This document shows, in pieces, positions 30,601-42,696 of a stretch of 64,000 nt of DNA; the stretch's first letter is position 1, and each line of letters starts with the position of its first letter. The notes beneath the pieces are model-generated. The model saw nothing but the letters and a program-made list of their open reading frames with translations. It was not told the DNA's origin and searched no databases. The translations under genes were made by a program, and so were the position numbers. Source of the stretch: Gammaproteobacteria bacterium (GTDB lineage Bacteria; Pseudomonadota; Gammaproteobacteria; SG8-11); the NCBI GenBank assembly GCA_024641505.1, contig JAHECY010000010.1, forward strand, positions 13,596 through 77,595, written 5' to 3'.

Positions 30601-31041
30601 TCAGGCGCCGGGGTCCGGTGTATTGCGAGTCACCCACGCGGCGCGTCCCAAAGATTGCTCGCGTTTCCACAGTGGTACCGAGTGCTTCAACTCAGAGATA
30701 AGATAACGGCAGGCGTCGAAAGCGTCGGCCCGGTGCGTTGACCAAACCGCCACCAGCACGATCGGCTCACCCGGATGCAACTCCCCAATCCGGTGCACCA
30801 GTAAGATTTCCTGGACCTCCCACCGAGCCGCGGCGCTAGCGCATACCCGCGCCATCATGCCTTCGGTCATACCAGGGTAGTGCTCCAAAAACATGGACTG
30901 CACATGACGGTCATCGTTGAAGTCCCGTAAATAACCGATAAAGTCCACCCGCGCGCCGTAGGCGCCCGGGGTTTGTCGTGCCTGAAATTCCGCAGCCACG
31001 GCGGCGGGATCGAAAGCTTCATGAGTGAGACGCACCGGCAT
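30601..31041 (-). CDS. moaE: molybdopterin synthase catalytic subunit MoaE
   Basis: 146 aa; MoaE motifs FIGYLRDFNDDRHVQSMFLEHYPGMTE, IVLVAVWSTHRADAFDACRYLISELKHSVPLWKRE. Confidence 0.85.
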   Translation of the reverse strand: MPVRLTHEAFDPAAVAAEFQARQTPGAYGARVDFIGYLRDFNDDRHVQSMFLEHYPGMTEGMMARVCASAAARWEVQEILLVHRIGELHPGEPIVLVAVWSTHRADAFDACRYLISELKHSVPLWKREQSLGRAAWVTRNTPDPGA

Positions 31042-31062
31042 GGCAAAAGCTATCCTCGCGAC

Positions 31063-33552
31063 CTAGAACAACTGCTCGGAAATATTGCCCCCACTGGTGG
31101 CGGCCGGCACCGAGGGATCCGCATCCAAAGACAACACCGGCGCGGAAGATTGCTGCGGCACCTCGCCGACCCGAAAGGTCTCGAAAATCGCATCCGGATT
31201 GGCGGCATCCGCCAAGTAGCCGGACTGCGGATCGATGCGCACCGTAATGAGACCCGGCGGCTGCACCAGCTCCTGTTCCGACACGCCGCGCAATGCCTCA
31301 CGCATATACGCTATCCACATGGGCAATGCGGCACCGGCGCCGGACTCCCGATCACCCAGGGGTTGCGGTTCATCATAACCGACCCATGCCGTGGTTACCG
31401 TGTCGGCGTTGAATCCTGAAAACCAGGCGTCATGCTGATCATTGGTGGTGCCGGTCTTGCCGGCAAGATCGTTACGCCCCAACTGCAAGGCGCGGCGACC
31501 GGTACCGAACTTGATGACATCCCGCATAATGGATGTCATCAGATACACGTTCTGGCGGTTGACGCCGCGCGGCGCAATTTTATCCGGTACCATAAACGGC
31601 GGGGGACCCCAGTCACCACGCAACTCCTGTTGCGTATCAACATCAGGATATTCGTCCTGCATCTGAGTCAGATATTCCTCGCAGTGCTCACATACCGTTT
31701 CCGGCTCACTGTAGCTGAGAACCTCGCCATTCTGGGCGGTGACCTTGTGTATGATGTAGGGTTTTACCCGGAAACCACCATTGGCGAATACGGCATAACC
31801 TTTGGCCAACTCGATGGGCTTGATGGCACCACTCCCCAGAGCCAAAGAAAGATCCCGGGGCAGTTTCGCGGCATCCACGCCAAACAGAGCCACATGCTTT
31901 AAAGCGCGGGTAATACCGATATCACGCAGAATGCGGATCGAAATCAGGTTTCGTGAGTTGATCAGACCCACACGCAGACGTGTGGGACCATAAAACTTGC
32001 CTGTGTAGTTCTCCGGACGCCAGACCGCCTCCAAACCGGGATCCTCGAACACAACCGGCGCATCATTGATCAAGCTGGCGGGAGTGAATCCGTATTCCAA
32101 TGCCGCGGAATAAATAAAAGGTTTGAAATTCGACCCCGGTTGCCGTTCCGCCTGGGTGATTCGATTGAAATGACTGGCTTCAAAATCGAAACCGCCAACC
32201 AGGGCCTTCACCGCGCCATCGTGGGGATCCAGGGAAACCAAGGCGCCTTGCACTCCCGGCACGCTGGCTAAATGCCACTGCCCATCGGGCATGACATGCA
32301 CACGCACCAAGTCACCAGTCGACACCGCGTCTGCCGCAGTTTTCAGTTCATCGCCAACATGATCGACGTCAATAAACTTACGGGCCCACTTCAAGCCATC
32401 CCAATTAATCGGAACGATACGGCCATCCGACAGATATACCGCGGCCTGTTGATCTTCTGTACCCACGACAAGCCCCACACGCAGGTCCTTCACCAATTCC
32501 CTCGGAATGGATTCAATGGCTGAACGCCAGACACTGACATCCGGCCGTTCCGGCAAATCCACATGCCCTTCCGGTCCCAGATAGCCATGGCGCTCGGTAT
32601 AGTCCAACAGACCTTCTTCGAGTGCGTTGTTGGCGGCTTCCTGCAGACGAGATCCCACCGTTGTGTACACATTGAATCCGGCGGTATAGGCTTCTTCGCC
32701 ATACATATCCAGAATTTCCTGACGCACCATTTCCGCCACGTAAGGCGCTTCCACTTCGATACTGTATCCATGACGGCTGGCAGTAGGATTCTCTGCCACC
32801 GCCGTCTGGTATGAGGCATCGTCGATATGCCCAAGCTCACGCATACGACGCAGCACATAATTGCGGCGTTCAGTGGCGCGCACGGGATTCACCACGGGGT
32901 TATAAGCGGAAGGCGCCTTTGGCAAGCCGGCAATCATGGCGATTTGCGCCAAGGTGAGATCCTTGAGTTTAGATCCATAATATACCTGGGCTGCGGAATC
33001 CACGCCGTAAGCCCGCTGCCCCATATAAATCTTATTCAAATACAATTCAAGAATTTCATCCTTGGACAATTCATGTTCGATTTTGAAGGACAGCAGAATT
33101 TCACTGATTTTTCGAAAGTAAGTTTTTTCACGGGATAGAAAAAAGTTACGTGCAACCTGCATGGTGATGGTACTTCCACCCTGGGCTTTCTCGCCGGTTT
33201 TCATCAACAAGTAGCCGGCACGCAAAATTCCCTGGTAATCCACCCCGGGATGTTCATAGAAGCGATCGTCTTCCGCCGCCAAAAACGCCTTCACCAACAA
33301 TGGCGGCACATCATTGAATGCCACCGGCGAACGCCGCTTCTCACCGAATTCGGCAATCAACTTACCGTCACTGGTGTAGACCCGCAGGGGCACTTGAAAA
33401 TGCACATCTTTCAAACTTTCGATTGAAGGTAAACGCGGAGACACGTAGAGGAATACACCATAGCCGGCGCCCGCGCCGGCCAGCATCAGAACCACGGAAC
33501 CGATCAGCGACCACTTAATAAGAAATCTTTTCGTTGCTTTTTCCATAACCAA
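31063..33552 (-). CDS. mrcA: penicillin-binding protein 1A (bifunctional transglycosylase/transpeptidase)
   Basis: 829 aa; GT51 motifs (EDDRFYEHPGVD, GGSTITMQVARN), transpeptidase SXXK (GSNFKPF), KTGT; divergent from pilM as in Pseudomonas ponA. Confidence 0.95.
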   Translation of the reverse strand: MVMEKATKRFLIKWSLIGSVVLMLAGAGAGYGVFLYVSPRLPSIESLKDVHFQVPLRVYTSDGKLIAEFGEKRRSPVAFNDVPPLLVKAFLAAEDDRFYEHPGVDYQGILRAGYLLMKTGEKAQGGSTITMQVARNFFLSREKTYFRKISEILLSFKIEHELSKDEILELYLNKIYMGQRAYGVDSAAQVYYGSKLKDLTLAQIAMIAGLPKAPSAYNPVVNPVRATERRNYVLRRMRELGHIDDASYQTAVAENPTASRHGYSIEVEAPYVAEMVRQEILDMYGEEAYTAGFNVYTTVGSRLQEAANNALEEGLLDYTERHGYLGPEGHVDLPERPDVSVWRSAIESIPRELVKDLRVGLVVGTEDQQAAVYLSDGRIVPINWDGLKWARKFIDVDHVGDELKTAADAVSTGDLVRVHVMPDGQWHLASVPGVQGALVSLDPHDGAVKALVGGFDFEASHFNRITQAERQPGSNFKPFIYSAALEYGFTPASLINDAPVVFEDPGLEAVWRPENYTGKFYGPTRLRVGLINSRNLISIRILRDIGITRALKHVALFGVDAAKLPRDLSLALGSGAIKPIELAKGYAVFANGGFRVKPYIIHKVTAQNGEVLSYSEPETVCEHCEEYLTQMQDEYPDVDTQQELRGDWGPPPFMVPDKIAPRGVNRQNVYLMTSIMRDVIKFGTGRRALQLGRNDLAGKTGTTNDQHDAWFSGFNADTVTTAWVGYDEPQPLGDRESGAGAALPMWIAYMREALRGVSEQELVQPPGLITVRIDPQSGYLADAANPDAIFETFRVGEVPQQSSAPVLSLDADPSVPAATSGGNISEQLF

Positions 33553-33711
33553 ACTATGCTAAATGAGAAGGGGTTCGGGGTTAACCACGCTATGTCTGGT
33601 GACATAACCCCATGATATCTGCCTCGAAAGTATAGCGCGTCAAGCCTTAAGACTGCCAAACACCGCTCAAGTTTACACGAATAATGCCGAATTAGAGTCA
33701 GATTGCAGTAA

Positions 33712-34820
<1,109 letters not shown>

Positions 34821-34821
<1 letters not shown>

Positions 34822-35420
34822 TGGCCAATATCAACCTCTTACCCTGGCGCGAGAAACGGCGCAAAGAACTGCAACGACAGTTTGCCGTGATGGCGGCGGG
34901 CAGTGCGATATTTTCCGCATTTGTCGTGCTCTATGTGCATATCCATATTTCCGGCTTGATCACGGTGCAGGACAATCGTAACTCCTATCTGGACAATGAA
35001 ATCAAAGTTGTGGAGAAGGATATCGAAGAAATCAAAAATCTGGAGAATGACAAGACCAATCTGCTGGCCCGCATGCGCATCATCCAGCAGCTCCAGAGCG
35101 CCCGTCCGGAAATCGTGCATTTGTTTTATGAAGCAGCCGCCACCCTTCCGGAAGGCGTTTATCTGAAGAAGGTAGCGCGCTCCGGGGCCGGCCTGCAGAT
35201 CGAAGGCGTTGCCGAATCCAACGCTAACGTGTCCGCCTATATGCGCAGCCTTGACGAATCCGAATGGTTGACCAAACCCTCGCTGGACGTCATTGATTCC
35301 AGCAAGAAAGAGTATATTGGACTCTCCTGGTTCAATCTCAAAGCGCAACAAACACGCCCGAAATCCGAGCAAGACAGCACTGATAGTGCCACCTCCAATC
35401 GAAAGACGGTAAAGAAATGA
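34821..35420 (+). CDS. pilN: type IV pilus assembly protein PilN
   Basis: Start MANINLLPWRE (canonical PilN start) overlapping pilM stop (TAATG); single TM. Confidence 0.9.
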
Positions 35421-36070
35421 ATATCGCGGAAGAAATCAAGAAACTTGAAAAACTGGACATAAACAATGTCGCCAGTTGGCCGATGCTCCTTAAGGGAATC
35501 GTGGTCCTGGCCATTGCCATCGCGGTTCTGATAGGCGGCTGGTTTCTTGATACCACCACCCAGATAGATACCCTGGAATCCGCCCAGAATAAGGAAACCA
35601 AACTTAAGAAGGAATTCGAGGAAAAACAAGCCAAGGCCGCGCGCCTCGACGCTTACAAGAAGCAAATGGATGACATGCAACGCATATTCGGTGAAATGCT
35701 GCGGCAGCTTCCCGGCAAAACGGAAGTCGCCGCGTTGCTGATCGACATTTCCCAGGTTGGCCTGGCCAGCGGTCTGGAATTCGAACTATTTAAGCCGGAA
35801 CCGGAAACGCCTATTGAATTCTACGCAGAATTGCCGATCAAGATAAAAGTGGTTGGAAATTATCATGAGTTCGGCAATTTCGTCAGCGGTGTCGCGGCGT
35901 TACCGCGCATCGTCACCTTGCATGACTTCGTCATAACCACCCAAAAACAGCATGGCGAAGGCAACTTGATCATGGAAGCAACGGCGAAGACCTACCGTTA
36001 CCTCGATGACGAAGAAATACAGCAGGAAACGGCGAAGAAGAAAGCGAGCAAAGCACCCAAGAAAAAGTGA
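35417..36070 (+). CDS. pilO: type IV pilus assembly protein PilO
   Basis: 217 aa; ATGA overlap with pilN; N-terminal TM then coiled coil. Confidence 0.9.
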   Translation: MNIAEEIKKLEKLDINNVASWPMLLKGIVVLAIAIAVLIGGWFLDTTTQIDTLESAQNKETKLKKEFEEKQAKAARLDAYKKQMDDMQRIFGEMLRQLPGKTEVAALLIDISQVGLASGLEFELFKPEPETPIEFYAELPIKIKVVGNYHEFGNFVSGVAALPRIVTLHDFVITTQKQHGEGNLIMEATAKTYRYLDDEEIQQETAKKKASKAPKKK

Positions 36071-36106
36071 TCGGGATATCTGGCCCTAAAATGAATCGGT
36101 AGACAT

Positions 36107-36628
36107 ATGGGAAAGAAATATTTTCATGTCATTGCACTGGCGACCCTGGCGCTAGCACTCAGCGGCTGCGATACGGGCGAATTCAGCGACCTTGACAAGT
36201 ACATCAAAGAGGTAAAAGCCAGACCGGGGGGCAGGATTGAACCCTTGCCTGAAATTAAGCCCTATGAACGGTTTTTATACCGTGACGCGGACTTGCGCGA
36301 TCCGTTCAAGCCGGTAATCAAGGCAACGGTCGCGGGCACCATAACGAATCAACTCATGCCCAACACCAATCGGGACAAGGAAGCTCTGGAAGATTTCCCG
36401 CTCGACACCTTGCGCATGGTGGGCAGCCTGGACAAAGGGAACGAGAAATGGGCCATCGTCAAGACCAGTGACGGACTGATTTATCGCATCAAAGTAGGCA
36501 ATCATGTAGGCAAGAATTTCGGGGAAGTCAAAAGCATATCAGACGACAAGGTGTTAATCACCGAAATCATATCCGACGGTTTCGGCGGATGGATCGAGCG
36601 TGACGCACAACTGGTTATTAGCGAGTAA
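36107..36628 (+). CDS. pilP: type IV pilus assembly lipoprotein PilP
   Basis: 173 aa; lipobox LALSGC. Confidence 0.9.
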   Translation: MGKKYFHVIALATLALALSGCDTGEFSDLDKYIKEVKARPGGRIEPLPEIKPYERFLYRDADLRDPFKPVIKATVAGTITNQLMPNTNRDKEALEDFPLDTLRMVGSLDKGNEKWAIVKTSDGLIYRIKVGNHVGKNFGEVKSISDDKVLITEIISDGFGGWIERDAQLVISE

Positions 36629-36660
36629 ACCTTTGCAGGGTATCAATGGTTGGATGGATA

Positions 36661-39363
36661 ATGAAAACACAAGATAAAAACACCGGGCGCCGTGCGCGTC
36701 TTGGATTGGTCAGCGCCCTATTGCTGGTGACGGCTCAATCGGCTTGGGCGGCCGACATATCACTGAACTTCATCAGTTTCACTTCCTTGCCGGATGAAGG
36801 CGTGGAGCTGCACTTGACGTTCTCCGACACACCACCCCAACCCAGCACCTCGACGGCCGCCAATCCAGCGACGATCACGCTTGACCTGCCCAAGGTCGTG
36901 AACAATCTACCGTGGAGCCTGCCCTTGCCGATAGAAGTGGGCGCCGCGCAAACAGTCAGCGCCGCGGAGGCCAGCGGCAACACCCGGGTAGTCATCAACC
37001 TGTCGCGTGTCGTCGCCTATGAAACGCGCGCCAGCGGTAACAGCATTTATGTGACGCTGGCCAATGCCGCCAGTGGTGAGCAGGTGCCTGAGGGTGCTGC
37101 TCCGGAAATGTCCACGACCACCGAAACTCCGCCCGCTGAAGCCGCGCCAAACGACGCGGAAGTCATGACTGCGCCCAGCGCTCCGGCCATGATGGCATCT
37201 CCCACATTGGAAGCACCACCGGCGACGAATCAGGCTCCGAAGAAAGCCGCGCTTAAAACCGCCGCGGCCAAGCCGGAACCCGCGGCAGCCGAACCCATGG
37301 TACAAGAAGACACCGCCATGGACATGGAACCCGTAGCGCGGCTCAAAGGCAACAGCCTGCTCAACATCAGCACCAACACACTACCGGGAGACCGGGCGCA
37401 AATCACGCTGGAATTCGCGCAGGCGCCTGAAAAGCCATCCAGCTTCACCATCGACAACCCAGCACGCATCGCCCTGGACTTCCCCAATACCACATCCAAA
37501 CTGCCGTGGCGCACCCGCAATGTCGGTATTGGTCTGACCCGGAGCATCACCGCAGTGGAAAGCGGCGGCCGCACCCGTGTGGTACTGAATCTGGTGAAAT
37601 TGCTGCCCTATGAAACACGCATCGAAAACAACACCATCGCCATCACCTTGAAAGGCGACCTGGTTCAGAAACAACGTGGCGGCGCTCTGTCATCCATGAA
37701 TACCGGCCCAACCTACAGCATCGAGGATATCGATTTCCGCCGGGGCGAAAAGGGAGAAGGACGCGTATTGATTTCCCTGTCTGATCCGACGATCTCGATC
37801 GATACCCGAGAACAGGGAAATCGCGTCATTGTGGAGTTTGCCAACACGCACATCGCCAACGAATTGATTCAACGCCTGGATGTGCTGGATTTCGCCACAC
37901 CGGTGCAATTCATCGATACCAGCGCCGCCGATGATCAGGTACGCATGGTAATCACCCCCAACGGCTACTTTGAATTCCTGGCATTTCAATCGGAAAAAAC
38001 CTTCACTGTCGAATTCAAACCGCTGTCCAAAGAACAGGTGGAAGGCAAAAAGGAAAAGGAAAACCTCTACAAGGGAGACACCCTGTCGCTTAACTTCCAG
38101 GATATTGAAGTGCGCGCGGTATTGCAGCTGCTGGCAGATTTCACCGGCCTGAATATCGTCACCAGCGATTCCGTGTCCGGTAACCTCACATTGCGTCTGC
38201 AGAACGTCCCCTGGGATCAGGCATTGGACATTATCCTGAAGAGCAAAGGCCTGGGCATGCGCAAGAACGGCAACGTACTGATGGTCGCTCCTCAGGAGGA
38301 AATCGCATCGCGCGAACAATTAGAACTCGAATCCAAGAAACAGGTGGAAGAACTGGCACCGCTGCAATCGGAACTGATTCAGGTGAACTACGCCAAAGCC
38401 TCCGACCTGGCGGGCCTGATTCAATCCCAGGACAATTCCATGCTATCGGAACGCGGCAAAGTCACCACGGATGACCGCACCAACACGATTCTGGTGCTGG
38501 AAACCAGCGACCGTCTGGAACAGATCAATCAACTTATCAGCAAGCTCGACGTGCCGGTACGCCAGGTACTGATCGAATCCCGGATCGTGGTGGCCAATAA
38601 CGATTTCGCGAAAAACCTGGGTGTACGCTTCGGCGTCACCGGCATGCGCACCGCCGGCGCGGATCTGATTTTCGCCAGCGGCAGCACCAACGGCACCGAC
38701 ACCATGTGGTCCTCGCTGGTAGACACGGGCACCGTCTCGGTCCCCGCCGGGGAAGGCGGCATCGGTGACCGACTCAACGTCAACATGCCGGTAAACGGCG
38801 GCGGCAGTGTCGCGTTCTCGGTCCTGGGCCCGGGCACACTGCTGGATCTGGAGCTGTCCGCGCTGCAGAATGAAGGTCGGGGCGAGGTAATTTCCAGCCC
38901 ACGCGTGATCACCTCCAATCAAACCGAAGCCATCATCAAGCAAGGGACGGAAATCCCGTTTCAGGAGGCGACCTCCAGCGGCGCATCATCGGTCGCCTTT
39001 AAAGAGGCGGTGTTGAGCCTGAAGGTAACCCCCAGCATTACGCCCGATGACCGCATCCGCATGGACCTGCAGGTTACCAAGGATTCCGTGGGCCAGATCG
39101 TCCCGACGGCGGAAGGTGGCTCCGCTCCCAGTATCGATACCCGGGAAATCCAGACCCAGGTGCTGGTCGCTTCCGGGGAAACCATTGTTCTGGGCGGCAT
39201 TCACGAACAGTTGCGGCGCAAGGACCAGGCGAAAGTCCCGTTTTTCGGCGACCTGCCATTTATCGGCGCCTTGTTCCGCACCAAGCGCGAACTGGACAAT
39301 AATTCCGAACTGCTGATCTTCGTGACACCCAAGATCTTGAAGGACAGCTTGAAACTTCATTAA
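36661..39363 (+). CDS. pilQ: type IV pilus secretin PilQ with tandem N-terminal AMIN domains and Ala/Pro-rich linker
   Basis: Secretin C-terminal domain (…VLVASGETIVLGGI…LLIFVTPKIL), two AMIN-like repeats; start 36661 (MKTQDK) preferred. Confidence 0.93.
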   Translation: MKTQDKNTGRRARLGLVSALLLVTAQSAWAADISLNFISFTSLPDEGVELHLTFSDTPPQPSTSTAANPATITLDLPKVVNNLPWSLPLPIEVGAAQTVSAAEASGNTRVVINLSRVVAYETRASGNSIYVTLANAASGEQVPEGAAPEMSTTTETPPAEAAPNDAEVMTAPSAPAMMASPTLEAPPATNQAPKKAALKTAAAKPEPAAAEPMVQEDTAMDMEPVARLKGNSLLNISTNTLPGDRAQITLEFAQAPEKPSSFTIDNPARIALDFPNTTSKLPWRTRNVGIGLTRSITAVESGGRTRVVLNLVKLLPYETRIENNTIAITLKGDLVQKQRGGALSSMNTGPTYSIEDIDFRRGEKGEGRVLISLSDPTISIDTREQGNRVIVEFANTHIANELIQRLDVLDFATPVQFIDTSAADDQVRMVITPNGYFEFLAFQSEKTFTVEFKPLSKEQVEGKKEKENLYKGDTLSLNFQDIEVRAVLQLLADFTGLNIVTSDSVSGNLTLRLQNVPWDQALDIILKSKGLGMRKNGNVLMVAPQEEIASREQLELESKKQVEELAPLQSELIQVNYAKASDLAGLIQSQDNSMLSERGKVTTDDRTNTILVLETSDRLEQINQLISKLDVPVRQVLIESRIVVANNDFAKNLGVRFGVTGMRTAGADLIFASGSTNGTDTMWSSLVDTGTVSVPAGEGGIGDRLNVNMPVNGGGSVAFSVLGPGTLLDLELSALQNEGRGEVISSPRVITSNQTEAIIKQGTEIPFQEATSSGASSVAFKEAVLSLKVTPSITPDDRIRMDLQVTKDSVGQIVPTAEGGSAPSIDTREIQTQVLVASGETIVLGGIHEQLRRKDQAKVPFFGDLPFIGALFRTKRELDNNSELLIFVTPKILKDSLKLH

Positions 39364-39386
39364 CATAAAGTAACAGGCACTGCACC

Positions 39387-39414
39387 ACGGCCCCTTACGG
39401 GGCCGTTTTTTTTT
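39387..39414 (+). terminator. rho-independent terminator after pilQ
   Basis: Hairpin cggccccttacggggccg followed by T9. Confidence 0.85.
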
Positions 39415-39501
39415 ACCCCATCCACATTCAGTATATAATCCCCGAATCGTACCCATGACACAGTGTCCCCGGGCGATCCAAGATCATACGCAGAACCGGC
39501 A

Positions 39502-40017
39502 ATGACCCAGAACATTATACTCATTGGACCTATGGGCGCGGGCAAAACCAGCGTGGGCAAACAACTGGCGCGCAGTCTGAACATGACTTTTTACGACAGT
39601 GACCACGAGATCGAAAAACGTACCGGGGTCAATATTCCCACTATTTTTGAATTTGAGGGGGAGCCGGGATTCCGGGAACGCGAACACAATGTTCTGCTGG
39701 AACTTGTGAGCCTTCCGAATATCGTGCTGGCGACCGGGGGGGGCGCGGTGCTGCGGCCGGAAAACCGCAGCGCCCTGAAAGACCATGGCGTGGTGGTCTA
39801 CCTGCAAGCACCGGTGGAAATGTTGTATAAGCGCACCGCCAGAGACCGCAACCGGCCCTTATTGCAAACCGAGGACCCAAAAGGAAAAATCAAGGAAATC
39901 CTGGCCATCCGCGACCCCTTGTACCGACAAACCGCCGCCTTCACCGTCGACACCAATGGACTGACCGTGCGTCAGGTGGTAAAAAAGATTCTGGATCATC
40001 TCAAACACCAACCTTGA
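39502..40017 (+). CDS. aroK: shikimate kinase
   Basis: [23 protein letters not shown] (Walker A) start at ATG 39502. Confidence 0.93.
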   Translation: MTQNIILIGPMGAGKTSVGKQLARSLNMTFYDSDHEIEKRTGVNIPTIFEFEGEPGFREREHNVLLELVSLPNIVLATGGGAVLRPENRSALKDHGVVVYLQAPVEMLYKRTARDRNRPLLQTEDPKGKIKEILAIRDPLYRQTAAFTVDTNGLTVRQVVKKILDHLKHQP

Positions 40018-40024
40018 CCACGCC

Positions 40025-41134
40025 ATGAATACCTTGCATGTTGACCTGGGAAAACGCAGTTACCCCATCCATATCGGCGCCGGCCTGATCGGAAATCCCG
40101 ACCTGGTCATCCCCCACGTCCGAGGCAAACAAGTCCTGATCGTTACCAACACCACGGTCGGCCCTTTGTATCTGGAACGAGCACTGACGGCTTTCCCGGA
40201 TAAACGGGTGGAAACCCTGGTGCTCCCGGACGGAGAACAATACAAGAACCTGGAGATTCTGAACCGGATCTATGATTGCCTGCTGGGGCATCGCTTCCAC
40301 CGACAGGCAACGCTGGTGGCCCTGGGGGGCGGCGTGATTGGCGACATCACCGGATTCGCCGCGGCCAGTTATCAACGGGGGGTAGATTTCATTCAAATCC
40401 CGACGACACTGTTGTCCCAGGTAGATTCCTCCGTGGGCGGCAAGACCGGCGTCAACCATGCCCTGGGCAAGAACATGATCGGCGCCTTTCACCAGCCGGT
40501 ATGTGTGGTTGCAGATACCACCAGCCTCGACACCCTGGAGGACCGGGAACTCAGCGCCGGGTTGGCGGAGGTCATCAAATATGGACTGATTCGCGATCCG
40601 GAATTTTTTTCCTGGCTGCAACAAAACATGGACGCCTTACTCGAGCGGGACCGCGGCGCCCTGGCATACGCCATCGAACGCTCGTGCCGCAACAAGGCAG
40701 AGGTAGTGGCCAGGGATGAAACCGAACAGGGCGAACGGGCCTTACTGAATCTCGGCCACACCTTTGGTCACGCCATCGAGACCGGCATGGGTTACGGCAG
40801 TTGGTTGCACGGGGAGGCTGTGGCCGTCGGCATGATCATGGCCGCGGATATGTCCATGCGCATGGGCTGGCTCGACCACGATACCGTGCAACGGGTGGAG
40901 AATCTGATCGACCAGGCGCGCCTACCCACCCGGGCACCTGGCGAACTGGCCACAGACCGCTTTATCGAACTGATGGGGGTTGACAAGAAAGTTCAGGACG
41001 GGCGCCTCAACCTGGTGTTGCTCCATGCCATCGGCTCAGCCGTTGTCAGCGGCGAATTTCCGCCGGCGTTGCTGCGCACCACCATCGATGACCACCATGC
41101 CATTACCGCCAAACGGGGCCTGAGTTTGCGTTGA
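40025..41134 (+). CDS. aroB: 3-dehydroquinate synthase
   Basis: 369 aa; DHQS motifs [38 protein letters not shown]. Confidence 0.95.
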   Translation: MNTLHVDLGKRSYPIHIGAGLIGNPDLVIPHVRGKQVLIVTNTTVGPLYLERALTAFPDKRVETLVLPDGEQYKNLEILNRIYDCLLGHRFHRQATLVALGGGVIGDITGFAAASYQRGVDFIQIPTTLLSQVDSSVGGKTGVNHALGKNMIGAFHQPVCVVADTTSLDTLEDRELSAGLAEVIKYGLIRDPEFFSWLQQNMDALLERDRGALAYAIERSCRNKAEVVARDETEQGERALLNLGHTFGHAIETGMGYGSWLHGEAVAVGMIMAADMSMRMGWLDHDTVQRVENLIDQARLPTRAPGELATDRFIELMGVDKKVQDGRLNLVLLHAIGSAVVSGEFPPALLRTTIDDHHAITAKRGLSLR

Positions 41135-42285
41135 TGTCGGAACTTGCACCCTACGCCAGCCACGCACCCACCTCGCGGGGACGCCGCTACCCGGAACCGG
41201 CCCCCGTGGGCCGCAGCGAATATCAGCGGGATCGCGACCGTATCGTGCATTGCGCCGCCTTTCGGCGTCTGGAGTACAAAACTCAGGTGTTCGTGAACCA
41301 TGAAGGCGATATGTTCCGCACGCGCCTTACTCACTCCATCGAAGTCGCCCAGATTGGGCGCACCATGGCACGCACGCTGGGCCTCAACGAAGATCTGGTG
41401 GAAGCAATCGCGCTGGCCCACGACCTGGGCCATACTCCCTTCGGGCATGCAGGCCAGGATATTCTAAACGACTGCATGAAGCACTATGGCGGCTTCGAAC
41501 ACAACCTGCAGTCCCTGCGGGTGGTGGACGAACTGGAGCACCGCTATGCCGAATTCGACGGACTCAATCTCACCTTTGAAACCCGCGCCGGCATTCTCAA
41601 GCACTGCTCATTGAAAACCGCCCGCAGCCTCGGCGCACTGGGCCAGCGATTTATCGACAAACACGCCCCCAGCCTGGAGGCGCAACTCACCAATATCGCG
41701 GATGAAATCGCCTACAACAATCATGACGTGGATGACGGCCTGCGCGCGGCTTTATTGACACTGGAACAATTGCGCGATGTACCGTTGTTCAACACGCAGT
41801 ATGAACTCGTCCAGGAACGCTACCCTAAACTGTCCCAAAGACGCACCATTCATGAGATCATCAGGCGCATGATCAACCAGCAGGTCACGGATCTGGTGCA
41901 GACCACGCAGGCGACGTTAGCGCAGCACGCGATCCAAACCTCGGCGCAAGTGCAGACGCAAGAGCGCGACATGATCGGCTTCAGCACGGAAATGGCGGCA
42001 CATCATCTAAAACTTAAACAGTTTTTACGGGAAAATCTGTACCGCCATTACCACGTGCAACGCATGACGTTTAAAGCCCGACACATCGTCAAATCGCTAT
42101 TTGACGTTTTCATGAATGACAGCCATCTGCTGCCGCCGGAAGCCCAACACAGCGCCGCGCTTTTGGCACAAGATCAGGGGGACAGCGGCCGCGCACGCGC
42201 CGTTGCTGATTATATTGCAGGCATGACCGACCGATATGCCATCACCGAATATGACCGGATCTACAATCCAGGGTATGTGACATAA
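41131..42285 (+). CDS. dGTPase-like deoxyguanosinetriphosphate triphosphohydrolase (HD domain)
   Basis: 384 aa; HD motif [12 protein letters not shown]; 4-bp overlap with aroB. Confidence 0.88.
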   Translation: MMSELAPYASHAPTSRGRRYPEPAPVGRSEYQRDRDRIVHCAAFRRLEYKTQVFVNHEGDMFRTRLTHSIEVAQIGRTMARTLGLNEDLVEAIALAHDLGHTPFGHAGQDILNDCMKHYGGFEHNLQSLRVVDELEHRYAEFDGLNLTFETRAGILKHCSLKTARSLGALGQRFIDKHAPSLEAQLTNIADEIAYNNHDVDDGLRAALLTLEQLRDVPLFNTQYELVQERYPKLSQRRTIHEIIRRMINQQVTDLVQTTQATLAQHAIQTSAQVQTQERDMIGFSTEMAAHHLKLKQFLRENLYRHYHVQRMTFKARHIVKSLFDVFMNDSHLLPPEAQHSAALLAQDQGDSGRARAVADYIAGMTDRYAITEYDRIYNPGYVT

Positions 42286-42426
42286 AACGGTCAACAGCGT
42301 CTCCTCCACAACCTTGCACCATCAGGGATTGGGTTTAAATCGCTTGGAAATCAACGCAGTTCTCACTACCCTGTGGAGCAATGGCGCACTCATGGCAATA
42401 TATCTTAACCCTGGATTAACCTTATA

Positions 42427-42675
42427 ATGCGAATTTACCTGCAAAAGTCCGCCGAAACTAATGAGACACCGCGATTTTGCCATATAGTATTGCAAGAGGA
42501 TCTCATCAGCGGTTGGACGGTCACCCGTGAGTCGGGTATCCAGGGCACGGCAGGACGCGTGGCGCGCCAATATTTTGCGTCCCTGGAGCTGGCGCAGGAA
42601 GCGGTTACGCGCATGCGTGACCAACAGGTGAAACAGGGTTATCGAGTGGTCTTCACCGAAGGTGCATACCAATAA
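42427..42675 (+). CDS. WGR-domain protein (82 aa)
   Basis: W...R...G pattern GWTVTRESGIQGTAGRVARQYFASLELAQEAVTRMRDQQVKQGYRVV consistent with WGR fold. Confidence 0.55.
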   Translation: MRIYLQKSAETNETPRFCHIVLQEDLISGWTVTRESGIQGTAGRVARQYFASLELAQEAVTRMRDQQVKQGYRVVFTEGAYQ

Positions 42676-42696
42676 TCCATCGACATGCGGTAATAC